A stretch of 64,000 bases of DNA from Bdellovibrionales bacterium (GTDB lineage Bacteria; Bdellovibrionota; Bdellovibrionia; Bdellovibrionales; UBA1609). Numbering within the stretch: the stretch's first letter is position 1; each line of letters begins with the position of its first letter. The notes beneath the pieces are model-generated. The model did not search any database and was not told the DNA's origin. It saw only the letters and a program-made list of their open reading frames with translations. Below, piece by piece: positions 19,404 to 27,883 of this stretch. The stretch is taken from the NCBI GenBank assembly GCA_965197855.1, contig OZ240230.1, positions 960,153 to 1,024,152 of the forward strand, given 5' to 3'. Position numbers and translations under genes: made by a program.

Positions 19404-20186
19404 CTATTGCTCTTCTTCATTGTCTGAGTCTTTTTTATCACTGCTAAAAATGTTTTTCAAAAACATTTTATAAGGTTTTCCTCCCAGAAAGGTGATGGCT
19501 CGGTTGTGTAAGGAGCGCTCATTAACCAGAGCTCCTAAAGAACCCTGACCTTTATCAATTTTTTGTAAAATACTTCGGGTGTGTTTTAAAATGTTTTTGA
19601 CATCTTTATTTTTATCGTCAGATAAAAACTTTTTAGTTTGTTTGGATATTTCTCTTAAACTTTCAGCTAAATTTTCATCTTCGCTTTTATTAAGGTTCTC
19701 TAAAAAAATGGAAGCCTCTTTAAAAACTTGAGTGACTCCTACAACCAATTCGCTGTCTCCGGAGAGTAGATTAGTGACACTTTTATCTGGTTTGAGAGGG
19801 ATGGCACTACCTATAGGAAGGGGATCTGCTTTGCTTTTCAGCGTATCAATAGCAATATATCTATCTCCTAAAACCCCCTCTGTTTTTAAGGCGGCTAATG
19901 ATGAGCTATTTATCATATATGAGAGTTCTTTTTCTATTTTCAAAGTGACTATAATTTGGTTGTCCTGTAATTGAATTTGGTGAACTCGACCTGCTTTCAG
20001 TCCATTGATTGTGACAGGAGTGCCGTTAAAGAGACCTCTAGCATTTGTAATGATCACTTTGTATGCATTAGCTCTTGAAAAGATGGACTGATGATTGCCA
20101 ATAACAATAAGGTAAGAACCAAGAAGGACAAACCCAGAGACAATAAATACACCTATTTTAAATTGTATCCATATTTTTTTAGACAT
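19404..20186 (-). CDS. mlaD: MCE-domain lipid transport protein MlaD
   Basis: N-terminal anchor plus MCE domain (GLKAGRVHQIQL); follows mlaE-mlaF. Confidence 0.8.
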   Translation of the reverse strand: MSKKIWIQFKIGVFIVSGFVLLGSYLIVIGNHQSIFSRANAYKVIITNARGLFNGTPVTINGLKAGRVHQIQLQDNQIIVTLKIEKELSYMINSSSLAALKTEGVLGDRYIAIDTLKSKADPLPIGSAIPLKPDKSVTNLLSGDSELVVGVTQVFKEASIFLENLNKSEDENLAESLREISKQTKKFLSDDKNKDVKNILKHTRSILQKIDKGQGSLGALVNERSLHNRAITFLGGKPYKMFLKNIFSSDKKDSDNEEEQ

Positions 20187-20187
20187 T

Positions 20188-20943
20188 TTAATAGCCTCCT
20201 TTTGTACCGCTAATAAAGTGATTTAAGAGTTTATTATGACTTTTTTCTAAATCTTGTGGAGCCCCTCTCGCTCGAATATCTCCGTCCACAAGTAAAGCCA
20301 CTCGGTCACACACACGCTTAGCACTGAGCATATCATGTGTAACCAATATTGAGGTAGCTCCTCTTTTTTGTAAACGTAATATCATATTTTCCATATTTCT
20401 CGTGTTATAAGGGTCTAATCCAGTTGTTGGCTCATCGTAAAGTATAATTTTAGGGCTCATAATGATAGAGCGGGCTACACCAACTCTTTTTTGCATTCCT
20501 CCAGAGAGTTCTTGAGGGTATTTCTCTTCACAGCCTGCCAAATTGAGGTCGTCCAGTTCCTTTTTAATTATTTTTTCAATACTGGATTCATTCAGTTTTG
20601 TATGAGCTCTAAGAGGAAAGGCCAAATTATCATACACTGTCATGGATTGAAATAAAGCTCCTCCCTGAAAAGCGTAAGCCACTTTTTTTCTGACCTTGAT
20701 AAACTCACTTTCTGTAAAATGGGTCACATCTTCACCTTCAATAAACACTTGCCCTCTGGAAGGTTTTTCCAGTCCTACCATAGAGCGAAGAAGAATAGAC
20801 TTGCCGGCTCCTGAAGCTCCAATAAGGGCCAAACACTCTCCTTCGAAGAGCTTAAAATTAATACCTTTAAGAATGGATTTGGAGCCAAAAGCAACATAAA
20901 AATTTTTAACTTCAATCAGAATTTTTCGAGATGCATTACTCAT
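20188..20943 (-). CDS. mlaF: ABC transporter ATP-binding protein MlaF
   Basis: Walker A GASGAGKS, signature LSGGMQKR, Walker B ILYDEPT. Confidence 0.9.
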   Translation of the reverse strand: MSNASRKILIEVKNFYVAFGSKSILKGINFKLFEGECLALIGASGAGKSILLRSMVGLEKPSRGQVFIEGEDVTHFTESEFIKVRKKVAYAFQGGALFQSMTVYDNLAFPLRAHTKLNESSIEKIIKKELDDLNLAGCEEKYPQELSGGMQKRVGVARSIIMSPKIILYDEPTTGLDPYNTRNMENMILRLQKRGATSILVTHDMLSAKRVCDRVALLVDGDIRARGAPQDLEKSHNKLLNHFISGTKGGY

Positions 20944-20968
20944 ATTGTTGTAACCCTCTGGTATGTTT

Positions 20969-21730
20969 TCACTTGAGCCACAGTAAAAAGAATATCCATG
21001 TTAGTATGAAATCACTAATAACAATCATGACCGAAGAAGAAACCACAGCTAAGGTTGTGACTTCTCCCACTCCTTCCCTTTTTTGAGAAGCGGAAAGACC
21101 AAAGTAGCAGGCTGAAATAGAAATCAAATAAGCAAACACAAATGTCTTTGTAAAGCCAGACAGAAAATCCAATAAGAGAATTTTATTAAAAAAGCGGGTG
21201 GTAAACATGCCAATAGATATGTTCATTTGATAAACGGCGATCAGAGCAGAAAACACATAAGAGATTGCACATGAAAATAAAGTTAAAAAAGGAATGGAGA
21301 GAATAGAGCCTAAAACTCTTGGAGTGACAATGAGTTTGATAGGTGATGAACCTAAAGCTCGAATGGCATCAACTTGTTGACTGACTTTCATAGAGCTGAT
21401 TTCTGCTGTCATACCAGCTCCCACACGTCCAGCTAGGATGAAGGCTGTAAACACAGGAGCAATTTCTCTAAACAAGGATATTGAAATAAGTCTTGGAGTG
21501 TACATTTTTAGTCCGTATTTTTCTAAAGTAAAACCAAATTGTAAACTGAGCACCAAACCTGTTGAAGCAGCTGTCACAAAAATGATGGGCCAGGATTTGT
21601 AACCAATTTCATAAATTTGATTAAGAGTGAGTCTGAGATGAAAAGGTTTAGACCACAGTTCCACCCAAATGTTTTTTGTTAAAGTGGAAATACCAAAGAT
21701 AAATTGTAGAGTTTGATTTATTAAATTCAT
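20969..21730 (-). CDS. mlaE: ABC transporter permease MlaE
   Basis: 253-aa permease with REIAPVFTAFILAGRVG motif typical of MlaE. Confidence 0.85.
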   Translation of the reverse strand: MNLINQTLQFIFGISTLTKNIWVELWSKPFHLRLTLNQIYEIGYKSWPIIFVTAASTGLVLSLQFGFTLEKYGLKMYTPRLISISLFREIAPVFTAFILAGRVGAGMTAEISSMKVSQQVDAIRALGSSPIKLIVTPRVLGSILSIPFLTLFSCAISYVFSALIAVYQMNISIGMFTTRFFNKILLLDFLSGFTKTFVFAYLISISACYFGLSASQKREGVGEVTTLAVVSSSVMIVISDFILTWIFFLLWLK

Positions 21731-21754
21731 AAGCTTGGTTTTTTTGGATTTATT

Positions 21755-22402
21755 TTATTGTGGGTAAGCATAAGAGGGGTTTGTAGTGGATTGGCATCGA
21801 GCTATAGTCGCTTTTGGGTTGATGTTAAAAGAGCCTACAGGTTGATCTCTGTATCTTAACTGGATTGACATATATTCATTTTTATTAAAATCACAACGTT
21901 TGCAATAAAGTTCAATATCACCACTGGTAAAGGAGTTTACAGGAGGGATTCTAGCATTCCATCCTTTGTCTTCATTTTGGGGGTGAATAAGTGCATTGGT
22001 TGGACGAAATATTACGGGCATAGCTAATGCAGTGGTTCTGCTCTGATGCCTTGGGGTAATCTGCAGTTTTTGAATTTTTGTAAATTTTAAATCAAAAGTA
22101 AGTGCTACATTAGGAGCTCCTGTCCAGTTCTTACAATTACTATCAAAAAAGAAGTCCCTTCTATTAACAAAAAACTTTCCTCCTGATTTGCCGCAAACAA
22201 AATAAGGAGCTTCGGCAAGAAATGTTTCATAATTCTTAGAGTCAACCTCACTCATATTCATAAGACCCAGAAAGCATTGGCCTGGTGGTTCTTGTGTATT
22301 GGAAGTTCCGGGAAAAGGATATCCAGTGGTTCTGCTCCTATTGTTGCAGTCAATTAATAGAGTTAGTAAGAGAATATAAAAACAGTATTTAAACATGAAC
22401 AT
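21755..22402 (-). CDS. hypothetical Cys-rich lipoprotein
   Basis: 215 aa; signal peptide with lipobox LLIDC; no recognisable domain. Confidence 0.5.
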   Translation of the reverse strand: MFMFKYCFYILLLTLLIDCNNRSRTTGYPFPGTSNTQEPPGQCFLGLMNMSEVDSKNYETFLAEAPYFVCGKSGGKFFVNRRDFFFDSNCKNWTGAPNVALTFDLKFTKIQKLQITPRHQSRTTALAMPVIFRPTNALIHPQNEDKGWNARIPPVNSFTSGDIELYCKRCDFNKNEYMSIQLRYRDQPVGSFNINPKATIARCQSTTNPSYAYPQ

Positions 22403-22525
22403 TGGCAGTGGCCCTTATGCCCTTATTTTTCAATCCTTGAGGTATAAAGTCAAATAATCCTTAATTTAGAGGGTTTTTTGCCTATTTTTATTGTTATTTT
22501 ATGGTATGATAGCCGTTGTTATTTA

Positions 22526-22869
22526 GGGGGCGTTAGGCTTCGACGCAAATAATAAGCATTAGGGAGCATGCAGAGGTGCATGGGGACCTCTTTAAAAACG
22601 TGCATAAAACTAATTGGCAACTTTGCCACTTTAGCTGCTTAATTTTAAAGTAGCCGTGGAACCAACTTAGACGGCGAAGTTGGGGAAGCGTCGATTCAGT
22701 CGTCTCGGTTGACTGTTTTTCTCAGGCAGTGGGCTTAAATCAATGAGAAAAAACTTGAGGAAATTTTGCCTTTGGAAGTTCCTTTAAGTTTTTAAAACAG
22801 AGGCTGAGCATGGAGCACCCAAATGTAGAAGCTTTGCGGACACGAGTTCAATTCTCGTCGCCTCCACCA
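22526..22869 (+). ncRNA. ssrA: tmRNA (transfer-messenger RNA)
   Basis: 5' GGGGGCG pairs with 3' CGCCTCC-ACCA including a G3-U pair; GGCTTCGACG; T-arm ACGAGTTCAATTCTCGT; tag frame ends GGC AAC TTT GCC ACT TTA GCT GCT TAA (..GNFATLAA stop). Confidence 0.93.
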
Positions 22870-22873
22870 ATAA

Positions 22874-22907
22874 AATAGAAAAGGGGTTGTACAACCCCTT
22901 TTCTATT
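22874..22907 (+). terminator. 34-bp perfect palindrome / terminator after ssrA
   Basis: AATAGAAAAGGGGTTGT | ACAACCCCTTTTCTATT, T-rich 3' arm. Confidence 0.7.
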
Positions 22908-23050
22908 TTGTCGGGGCGAGAATTGAAGTGAGCGAGCGCTTTGTGTTGAGTGTGAAAACACTCAATACAAAGCAGAAAATCTGGAGATTTTCTGAGCGAG
23001 TGAAGGGAGCCTACGCAAAGAAAGAACGGGATGTGAGTGACTGTAGTAGG

Positions 23051-23071
23051 CAATTCTCGTCGCCTCCACCA
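23051..23071 (+). repeat. duplicate of the last 21 nt of ssrA
   Basis: CAATTCTCGTCGCCTCCACCA identical to 22849-22869. Confidence 0.95.
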
Positions 23072-23130
23072 TTTCTTCTTTTAGGAAAAGAAGGAAAAAT
23101 TTTAGCTTCTCTTCGTATATAGATGACAAT

Positions 23131-23229
23131 CTGTATTTTGAGATAGGTCATTCATGTAAACTATTCTTGCAAGATGGGAAACACATAACATTTATCGACC
23201 GTTTCAAAATGTCCTATCTCAAAATACAG
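23131..23229. repeat. 99-bp unit with 17-bp perfect terminal inverted repeats (MITE-like or long hairpin)
   Basis: CTGTATTTTGAGATAGG (23131-23147) and CCTATCTCAAAATACAG (23213-23229). Confidence 0.8.
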
Positions 23230-23374
23230 TGATGTACACTCTACAGGCTTTCATCAAACTAAAGTGAAGAGGAGGGAACTGCAGACACACAACTCGTTTA
23301 AGCCACTTATACAAAGTATTTCAACTCGACTTTACAATTTATAAGAATACTTTTAAAATACATTTCAAAACTCT

Positions 23375-23974
23375 ATGAACATTCGTCAAGACAATTTTAG
23401 CGGGGCCTCTGAAGATTACAAACGTAGATTATGGGTCGTTATTTTCTTAAACGCCTGCATGTTTATCGTAGAAATGCACGGCGGCTATTTCGCCAAATCT
23501 CAAGCGCTTAAAGCAGACGCTTTGGACTTTTTAGCAGATACATTAACCTATGGACTGTCGCTGTACGCCATTAAAACTTCCAAAAAAACCAAGGCAATGA
23601 TTGCCGGGCTCAAAGGTTTCAGTCTTATGATGATGGGGCTATGGATAGCCGGATCAACAGTTTATTTGTTTTTAACACCTTCAACACCAAAAGTTGAATT
23701 GATGGGATGGATTGGGTTTTTAGCTCTTATAGTAAACTTAATCAGTGTACTGCTTATTCTAAAATATAAACACGGTGATGTAAATATTCGTTCTGTATGG
23801 CTTTGTTCACGAAATGATGCCATTGGAAATGTCGGAGTTATTGTAACAGCTTTTCTTTCCGGTTGGATCAACTCTGGATGGCCTGATCTAATAGCGGCTT
23901 GTTTTATGTCAGCATTATTTATTCATTCTTCTTTTCAGATCTTTTCACAAAGCTATTCCGAATGGAAATCTTAA
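23375..23974 (+). CDS. cation diffusion facilitator family transporter, membrane domain only
   Basis: 199 aa, six hydrophobic helices; CDF-like motifs ALKADALDFLADTLTYG and NDAIGNVGVIV; no C-terminal cytoplasmic domain. Confidence 0.7.
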   Translation: MNIRQDNFSGASEDYKRRLWVVIFLNACMFIVEMHGGYFAKSQALKADALDFLADTLTYGLSLYAIKTSKKTKAMIAGLKGFSLMMMGLWIAGSTVYLFLTPSTPKVELMGWIGFLALIVNLISVLLILKYKHGDVNIRSVWLCSRNDAIGNVGVIVTAFLSGWINSGWPDLIAACFMSALFIHSSFQIFSQSYSEWKS

Positions 23975-24119
23975 AATTTTATATTTTATATTTTAACTTT
24001 TATTAAAAGTACATAATAAGAATTTGATTTTTTGAAAATAAGTTGAAAACCGCTTCCACAGTGGTTCTAGTTATAAATTTTAAAGTTGATCCATAAAATA
24101 TACGATAAATATGATAGTT

Positions 24120-24357
24120 ATGAAAAAAAGTATTTTTACTCTTATCTCTATCTTTATTTTTATCCTTAATCATATATTCTGGATGTATTTATGTTGATGA
24201 AAATGGTCGAATAATCTCTAAAAAAGAAGCCCTTGCCAGCAACAGTGAAACAACTATCAATCAATCTGAGGATGAAACTGTACAGGAATATGTTGATGAT
24301 TTACTGGATTGTTATGAAGACTTGATCGATGATTTTTTAGATAAAATAAATTGTTAA
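24120..24357 (+). pseudogene. small acidic lipoprotein gene out of frame after an A7 tract
   Basis: ATG at 24120 followed by A7 (24123-24129); with A6 it would read MKKVFLLLSLSLFLSLIIYSGC... to TAA at 24355-24357; as sequenced the ATG frame stops at 24195-24197. Confidence 0.4.
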
Positions 24358-24469
24358 TAGCTAGATTCTAATGACTTTGTTGAATAAACTCCTGTTTCCA
24401 ATACAATGCAATTGATAGATATTAAAAATCGTTGTATAAGGAAAAATTAAGCGTAACAATGAGTTAACT

Positions 24470-26029
24470 ATGTTGATGATTTTTGGAGCTACAGGAGCCT
24501 TCGTTACTTTTGGCCTATTTTGTTTGATGAGCTTGCTCTCAAGAAAGCAAGAAGTGCGTCGTGCTAGCAATACAGCTGACGATATTATCAAAACAGCCGA
24601 AGATAAGGCCTCTTTCCTTCAAGAACAAACTCAAGTACAAATTAGAGAATATGAGATGAAGTTAAAAACGGCCAATCAAAACCAATTAAAAGAAATGCAG
24701 GACAAAAACCGTCAAGCTCAAAGTGCTCTGGATAAACAAAATTATAGAAATCAAATTCTGATTCAATCCATACAAAAAAAAGTAAATAGAGCTCGAAAAC
24801 AATTGAAACATTTCAAATTTAGCTACAGTCCTGTGAAAAACACCTCCCAGCAGAGGGATCAGTTAAGAAAAGAGTGTTTGGAAAAATTAAAACAACTTGT
24901 AAATATAGATCATCTATCCCTACAAAAAGAAATTGAAGAGCGCGAACTGCAAGAGTCTAAAAGCCGAGGACTTCGTCAAGCTCAATATGTTTCAGATGTA
25001 TCTCAACAAGATTTAGAAAAACAAACATTGACTGTTTTAGAGCGTGTGATCAACCGTTTTCAAAAACCATGTTGTTTGGAAAGGGGAATTAAACCTATTG
25101 TCTTTAACAGTTTGCAAGCTTTAAAAAGAACCATTGGAAGAGATAAAAACCACCTGAACTTTTTGGAAAAAGAATGCGGTGTGGATGTTATTGTAGACGA
25201 AGAAAATCTTTCTCTCACTGTGCAAGGATTGGATCCTGTGCGCCGCGAGTGGGGCCGGCTTTCTCTTTCTAAGTTAGAGAAAAAAAAGAGAATCAATTCC
25301 AATATTGTCTCCAGTGTAATCCAACAGGCCAAAAGAGATCTTTTTCAGAAAATCAGCCGTGATGGCAAAAGGGTTTGTGACAGCTTACAATTAAAAAATA
25401 TTTCACAAGAAGTTCGAAATATGATGGGCGCCCTTAGGTACCGTTACTCCTTTGCTCAAAATCAACATTTTCATTGTGAAGAAGTGAGTTATCTTTGTGG
25501 GCTGTTACAAGCTGAGTTTAATGAAGAAATTGATAAGGGAAGAAAAGCTGGATTGTTTCATGATATTGGAAAAGCTATGGATCATGCTAAATCAGGAGGC
25601 CATGCAGTTATTGGTGCTGACTTTATTCAAAAATATGGTGCAGAAGAAGATGTGGTCTATGCAGTCAAAGCCCACCATAACGATGTCCCTCCTCAGAAGA
25701 ATTTGGACTTTTTTGTCATTGCCGCAGATGCCATATCCGGCTCCAGACCTGGGGCCAGGAGATCGACTGTAGATTCTTATAATCAAAAACTTTTGAGTTT
25801 GGAAAAAATATGTAAAAGTTTTGATGGAGTTCAAGATCTTTACATTATGAATGCCGGAAGAGAAGTGCGTGTGATCGTTAATGATAAACGCGTAAGTGAT
25901 TCAAAAGCACTTGATTTAAGTAAGCAAATTGCTCAACGAATTGAGGAGGAATGCTCTTATCCGGGTTGGATTAAGGTGACTGTGGTCAGAAAACTGGAAG
26001 TCAGTCAAATGAGTCAAGCCGCTCATTAA
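24470..26029 (+). CDS. rny: ribonuclease Y
   Basis: 519 aa; N-terminal TM helix, long coiled coil, KH region, HD domain (GLFHDIGKAMDH). Confidence 0.9.
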   Translation: MLMIFGATGAFVTFGLFCLMSLLSRKQEVRRASNTADDIIKTAEDKASFLQEQTQVQIREYEMKLKTANQNQLKEMQDKNRQAQSALDKQNYRNQILIQSIQKKVNRARKQLKHFKFSYSPVKNTSQQRDQLRKECLEKLKQLVNIDHLSLQKEIEERELQESKSRGLRQAQYVSDVSQQDLEKQTLTVLERVINRFQKPCCLERGIKPIVFNSLQALKRTIGRDKNHLNFLEKECGVDVIVDEENLSLTVQGLDPVRREWGRLSLSKLEKKKRINSNIVSSVIQQAKRDLFQKISRDGKRVCDSLQLKNISQEVRNMMGALRYRYSFAQNQHFHCEEVSYLCGLLQAEFNEEIDKGRKAGLFHDIGKAMDHAKSGGHAVIGADFIQKYGAEEDVVYAVKAHHNDVPPQKNLDFFVIAADAISGSRPGARRSTVDSYNQKLLSLEKICKSFDGVQDLYIMNAGREVRVIVNDKRVSDSKALDLSKQIAQRIEEECSYPGWIKVTVVRKLEVSQMSQAAH

Positions 26030-26931
26030 AATTTTAAAAATGAAGCTTGTCTTTTTAACATCAGTATTAAAATGTCTATAAGTTTTTTATTATTTAGTTG
26101 TTTGTGGAAATAGGCTTCAATATTCATGGAGTATTTTATTCCTTCTACTTTAATTTCAGAAAGTCTTCCGAATTGGATTTGTTTTTGAATGCTAAAAGCC
26201 GGCATAAAACCCCAATATAAACCTGATTCAATGATTTTCTTTAAAGTACCCAGATTATTTACTTCCAATATAGGTTGTATATTATACTCTTTTTGTTTTT
26301 GCTCCATTGTTATTGTAAATTGAGGTAACAAGTGGGGAAAAGAGACTAAAGGTTTTTTAGCCATGTCTTGAATTTGAATCTGAGAAGGTAGGGACAAGTC
26401 CTTTTTTGAACCTACAAATATCATAGAGTCTTGAAACAAATGATGCTTTTCATAATTAGGAAGTTCAATCCCATACTCTTCCTGTAGATTGGGCAGAATC
26501 ACCATATCCAAAGCATCTTTTTTCATTTGCTCAATAATACTGCGGGCAGGAGCATAAGATAATTTAATTTTGAATTGGTTGCTTGGTTTTAAAAAACGCC
26601 ACATCACTGGAGCCAGAAGCGACATTCCTAAATAATTAATTGTAGACATACGAAGCTGGCCTTCCAAGTGTTGAGGCAGGGATTGCACAGACATTTGTGC
26701 CTGCTTGGCTAAGTTGAGAATTTTTTGAGCATAATCAAAAAACAACTGTCCTTGTACAGTAGGTGAAATCTCTCTTGTTTCACGTTCCAATAAATCCACT
26801 CCTAACTCTGTTTCCAGAAGCTTTAGCTGGCGGCTCACTGTAGGTTGGGTAATTTGTAAACGATTGGCCGCTTCGGTCATGCTTTTTTCTGATAATAGAG
26901 TGCAAAATATAGATAATTGTTGAAGATCCAT
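26026..26931 (-). CDS. LysR-family transcriptional regulator
   Basis: N-terminal HTH (MTEAANRLQITQPTVSRQLKLLE) plus substrate-binding domain. Confidence 0.9.
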   Translation of the reverse strand: MDLQQLSIFCTLLSEKSMTEAANRLQITQPTVSRQLKLLETELGVDLLERETREISPTVQGQLFFDYAQKILNLAKQAQMSVQSLPQHLEGQLRMSTINYLGMSLLAPVMWRFLKPSNQFKIKLSYAPARSIIEQMKKDALDMVILPNLQEEYGIELPNYEKHHLFQDSMIFVGSKKDLSLPSQIQIQDMAKKPLVSFPHLLPQFTITMEQKQKEYNIQPILEVNNLGTLKKIIESGLYWGFMPAFSIQKQIQFGRLSEIKVEGIKYSMNIEAYFHKQLNNKKLIDILILMLKRQASFLKF

Positions 26932-27017
26932 AAATTTAACCCTTATTGTTTATAACAATTTTTGTTATACCTAAAAATATTTTCCACAAGTGTAAAAAAG
27001 TGTATTACAATTTTCTT

Positions 27018-27848
27018 ATGAACAAATTATCTATACATTCTTCCTATCTCTTAAGGAAGATTTTTTTTAGTTTCTCTGCTTTAATGGTGTTTTGCTTTAT
27101 TCATTTTGCTTGGTCTGCGCCGAAGTGCAATAACTATGTTTGCTTTGAGGTTCCAAAAAACTGGAAGTGTGTGGATGAAGGGGTGCATCGAATATGCCAC
27201 AACAAATTACCACAATTAGCTAAAGAAGCCATTATTATTGTTGTAGCCAAAGAAGTTGGAAAACAAGATGGTGTGACTCAGTATATCGAATACCTTAAGG
27301 AAAAAAAGAATTATAAGACAAGAAAAGGTAAATCTATGACTTCTAAAGTTTACCACTCCAGGTCTAATAAAATTAATAATCATCTGTGGGCAGATGGATT
27401 TCACTTCGCCAGTGAAATTCCTATTTATTACACTCGTTATTTAGGTTCCACAAAAAGCGGTTTGGCGGTGTTAGTGACATATACGGCTCATAAAAATTTA
27501 TGGAAAAAGTATGCCGCAGATTTTAATAGATCTATCCTTTCTTTGCGCCTTCTGAATGTGGAAGAAGCTATCAGAAAACTGAGGGCTATGAAACAACATC
27601 AGATAGGCGGCCGCAGTATAAGAGATTATTTGGAAGATATTATCGGGGATGGAGATATAGAAGGATTAGAAGAGGGTGAAGGCGGCTGGATACAAAAAAA
27701 CTGGGATAAAGTAGCTGGAGGGGCCCTTGGAGCTGGTGCTGTAGGCACATTGCTTTGGAGACTGGCTCGAAGAGGAAGAGGCAATCATTTACCAACCAAA
27801 GGTTCATCATCTGCTGTGGGTTCCCGCAGAAGACGAAAAAAACATTAA
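27018..27848 (+). CDS. hypothetical secreted protein with C-terminal Gly-rich hydrophobic segment and basic tail
   Basis: Signal peptide ending FAWSA; C-terminus GGALGAGAVGTLLWRLARRGRG...RRRRKKH; ORF track start 26946 is probably too early. Confidence 0.5.
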   Translation: MNKLSIHSSYLLRKIFFSFSALMVFCFIHFAWSAPKCNNYVCFEVPKNWKCVDEGVHRICHNKLPQLAKEAIIIVVAKEVGKQDGVTQYIEYLKEKKNYKTRKGKSMTSKVYHSRSNKINNHLWADGFHFASEIPIYYTRYLGSTKSGLAVLVTYTAHKNLWKKYAADFNRSILSLRLLNVEEAIRKLRAMKQHQIGGRSIRDYLEDIIGDGDIEGLEEGEGGWIQKNWDKVAGGALGAGAVGTLLWRLARRGRGNHLPTKGSSSAVGSRRRRKKH

Positions 27849-27883
27849 TTTATATCAGCTGATTTTGTGTATTCATTAAGCAC

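Larger units (their letters stand above)
22870..23095 (+). mobile_element. tmRNA-linked ~200-bp insertion module (non-coding core, displaced tmRNA 3' end, terminal hairpin)
   Basis: Bracketed by 21-bp perfect direct repeats of the ssrA 3' end; homologous to the module at 63123-63344. Confidence 0.5.

Noticed and set aside
22784-23053. 89-aa ORF (minus) spanning the tmRNA 3' end and the module, with the analogous 66-aa ORF at 63147-63347
   Set aside because: Both run through RNA genes and hairpins. The two modules are homologous at the DNA level but with frame-breaking indels, so no conserved reading frame exists.
23051-23071. Reading the displaced tRNA-end copies on the opposite strand as primer-binding sites complementary to the tmRNA/tRNA 3' end, as in retroelements
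   Set aside because: No reverse transcriptase or LTR-like structure is present in the window. The tRNA-Arg copy lacks complementarity to the added CCA. I keep this only as a remote hypothesis under the main finding.
23131-23229. Possibility that the inverted repeat upstream of the CDF gene is a czcD (NiCo) riboswitch
   Set aside because: The sequence is AT-rich with a single long stem. I see none of the GC-rich four-way-junction features I associate with that riboswitch.
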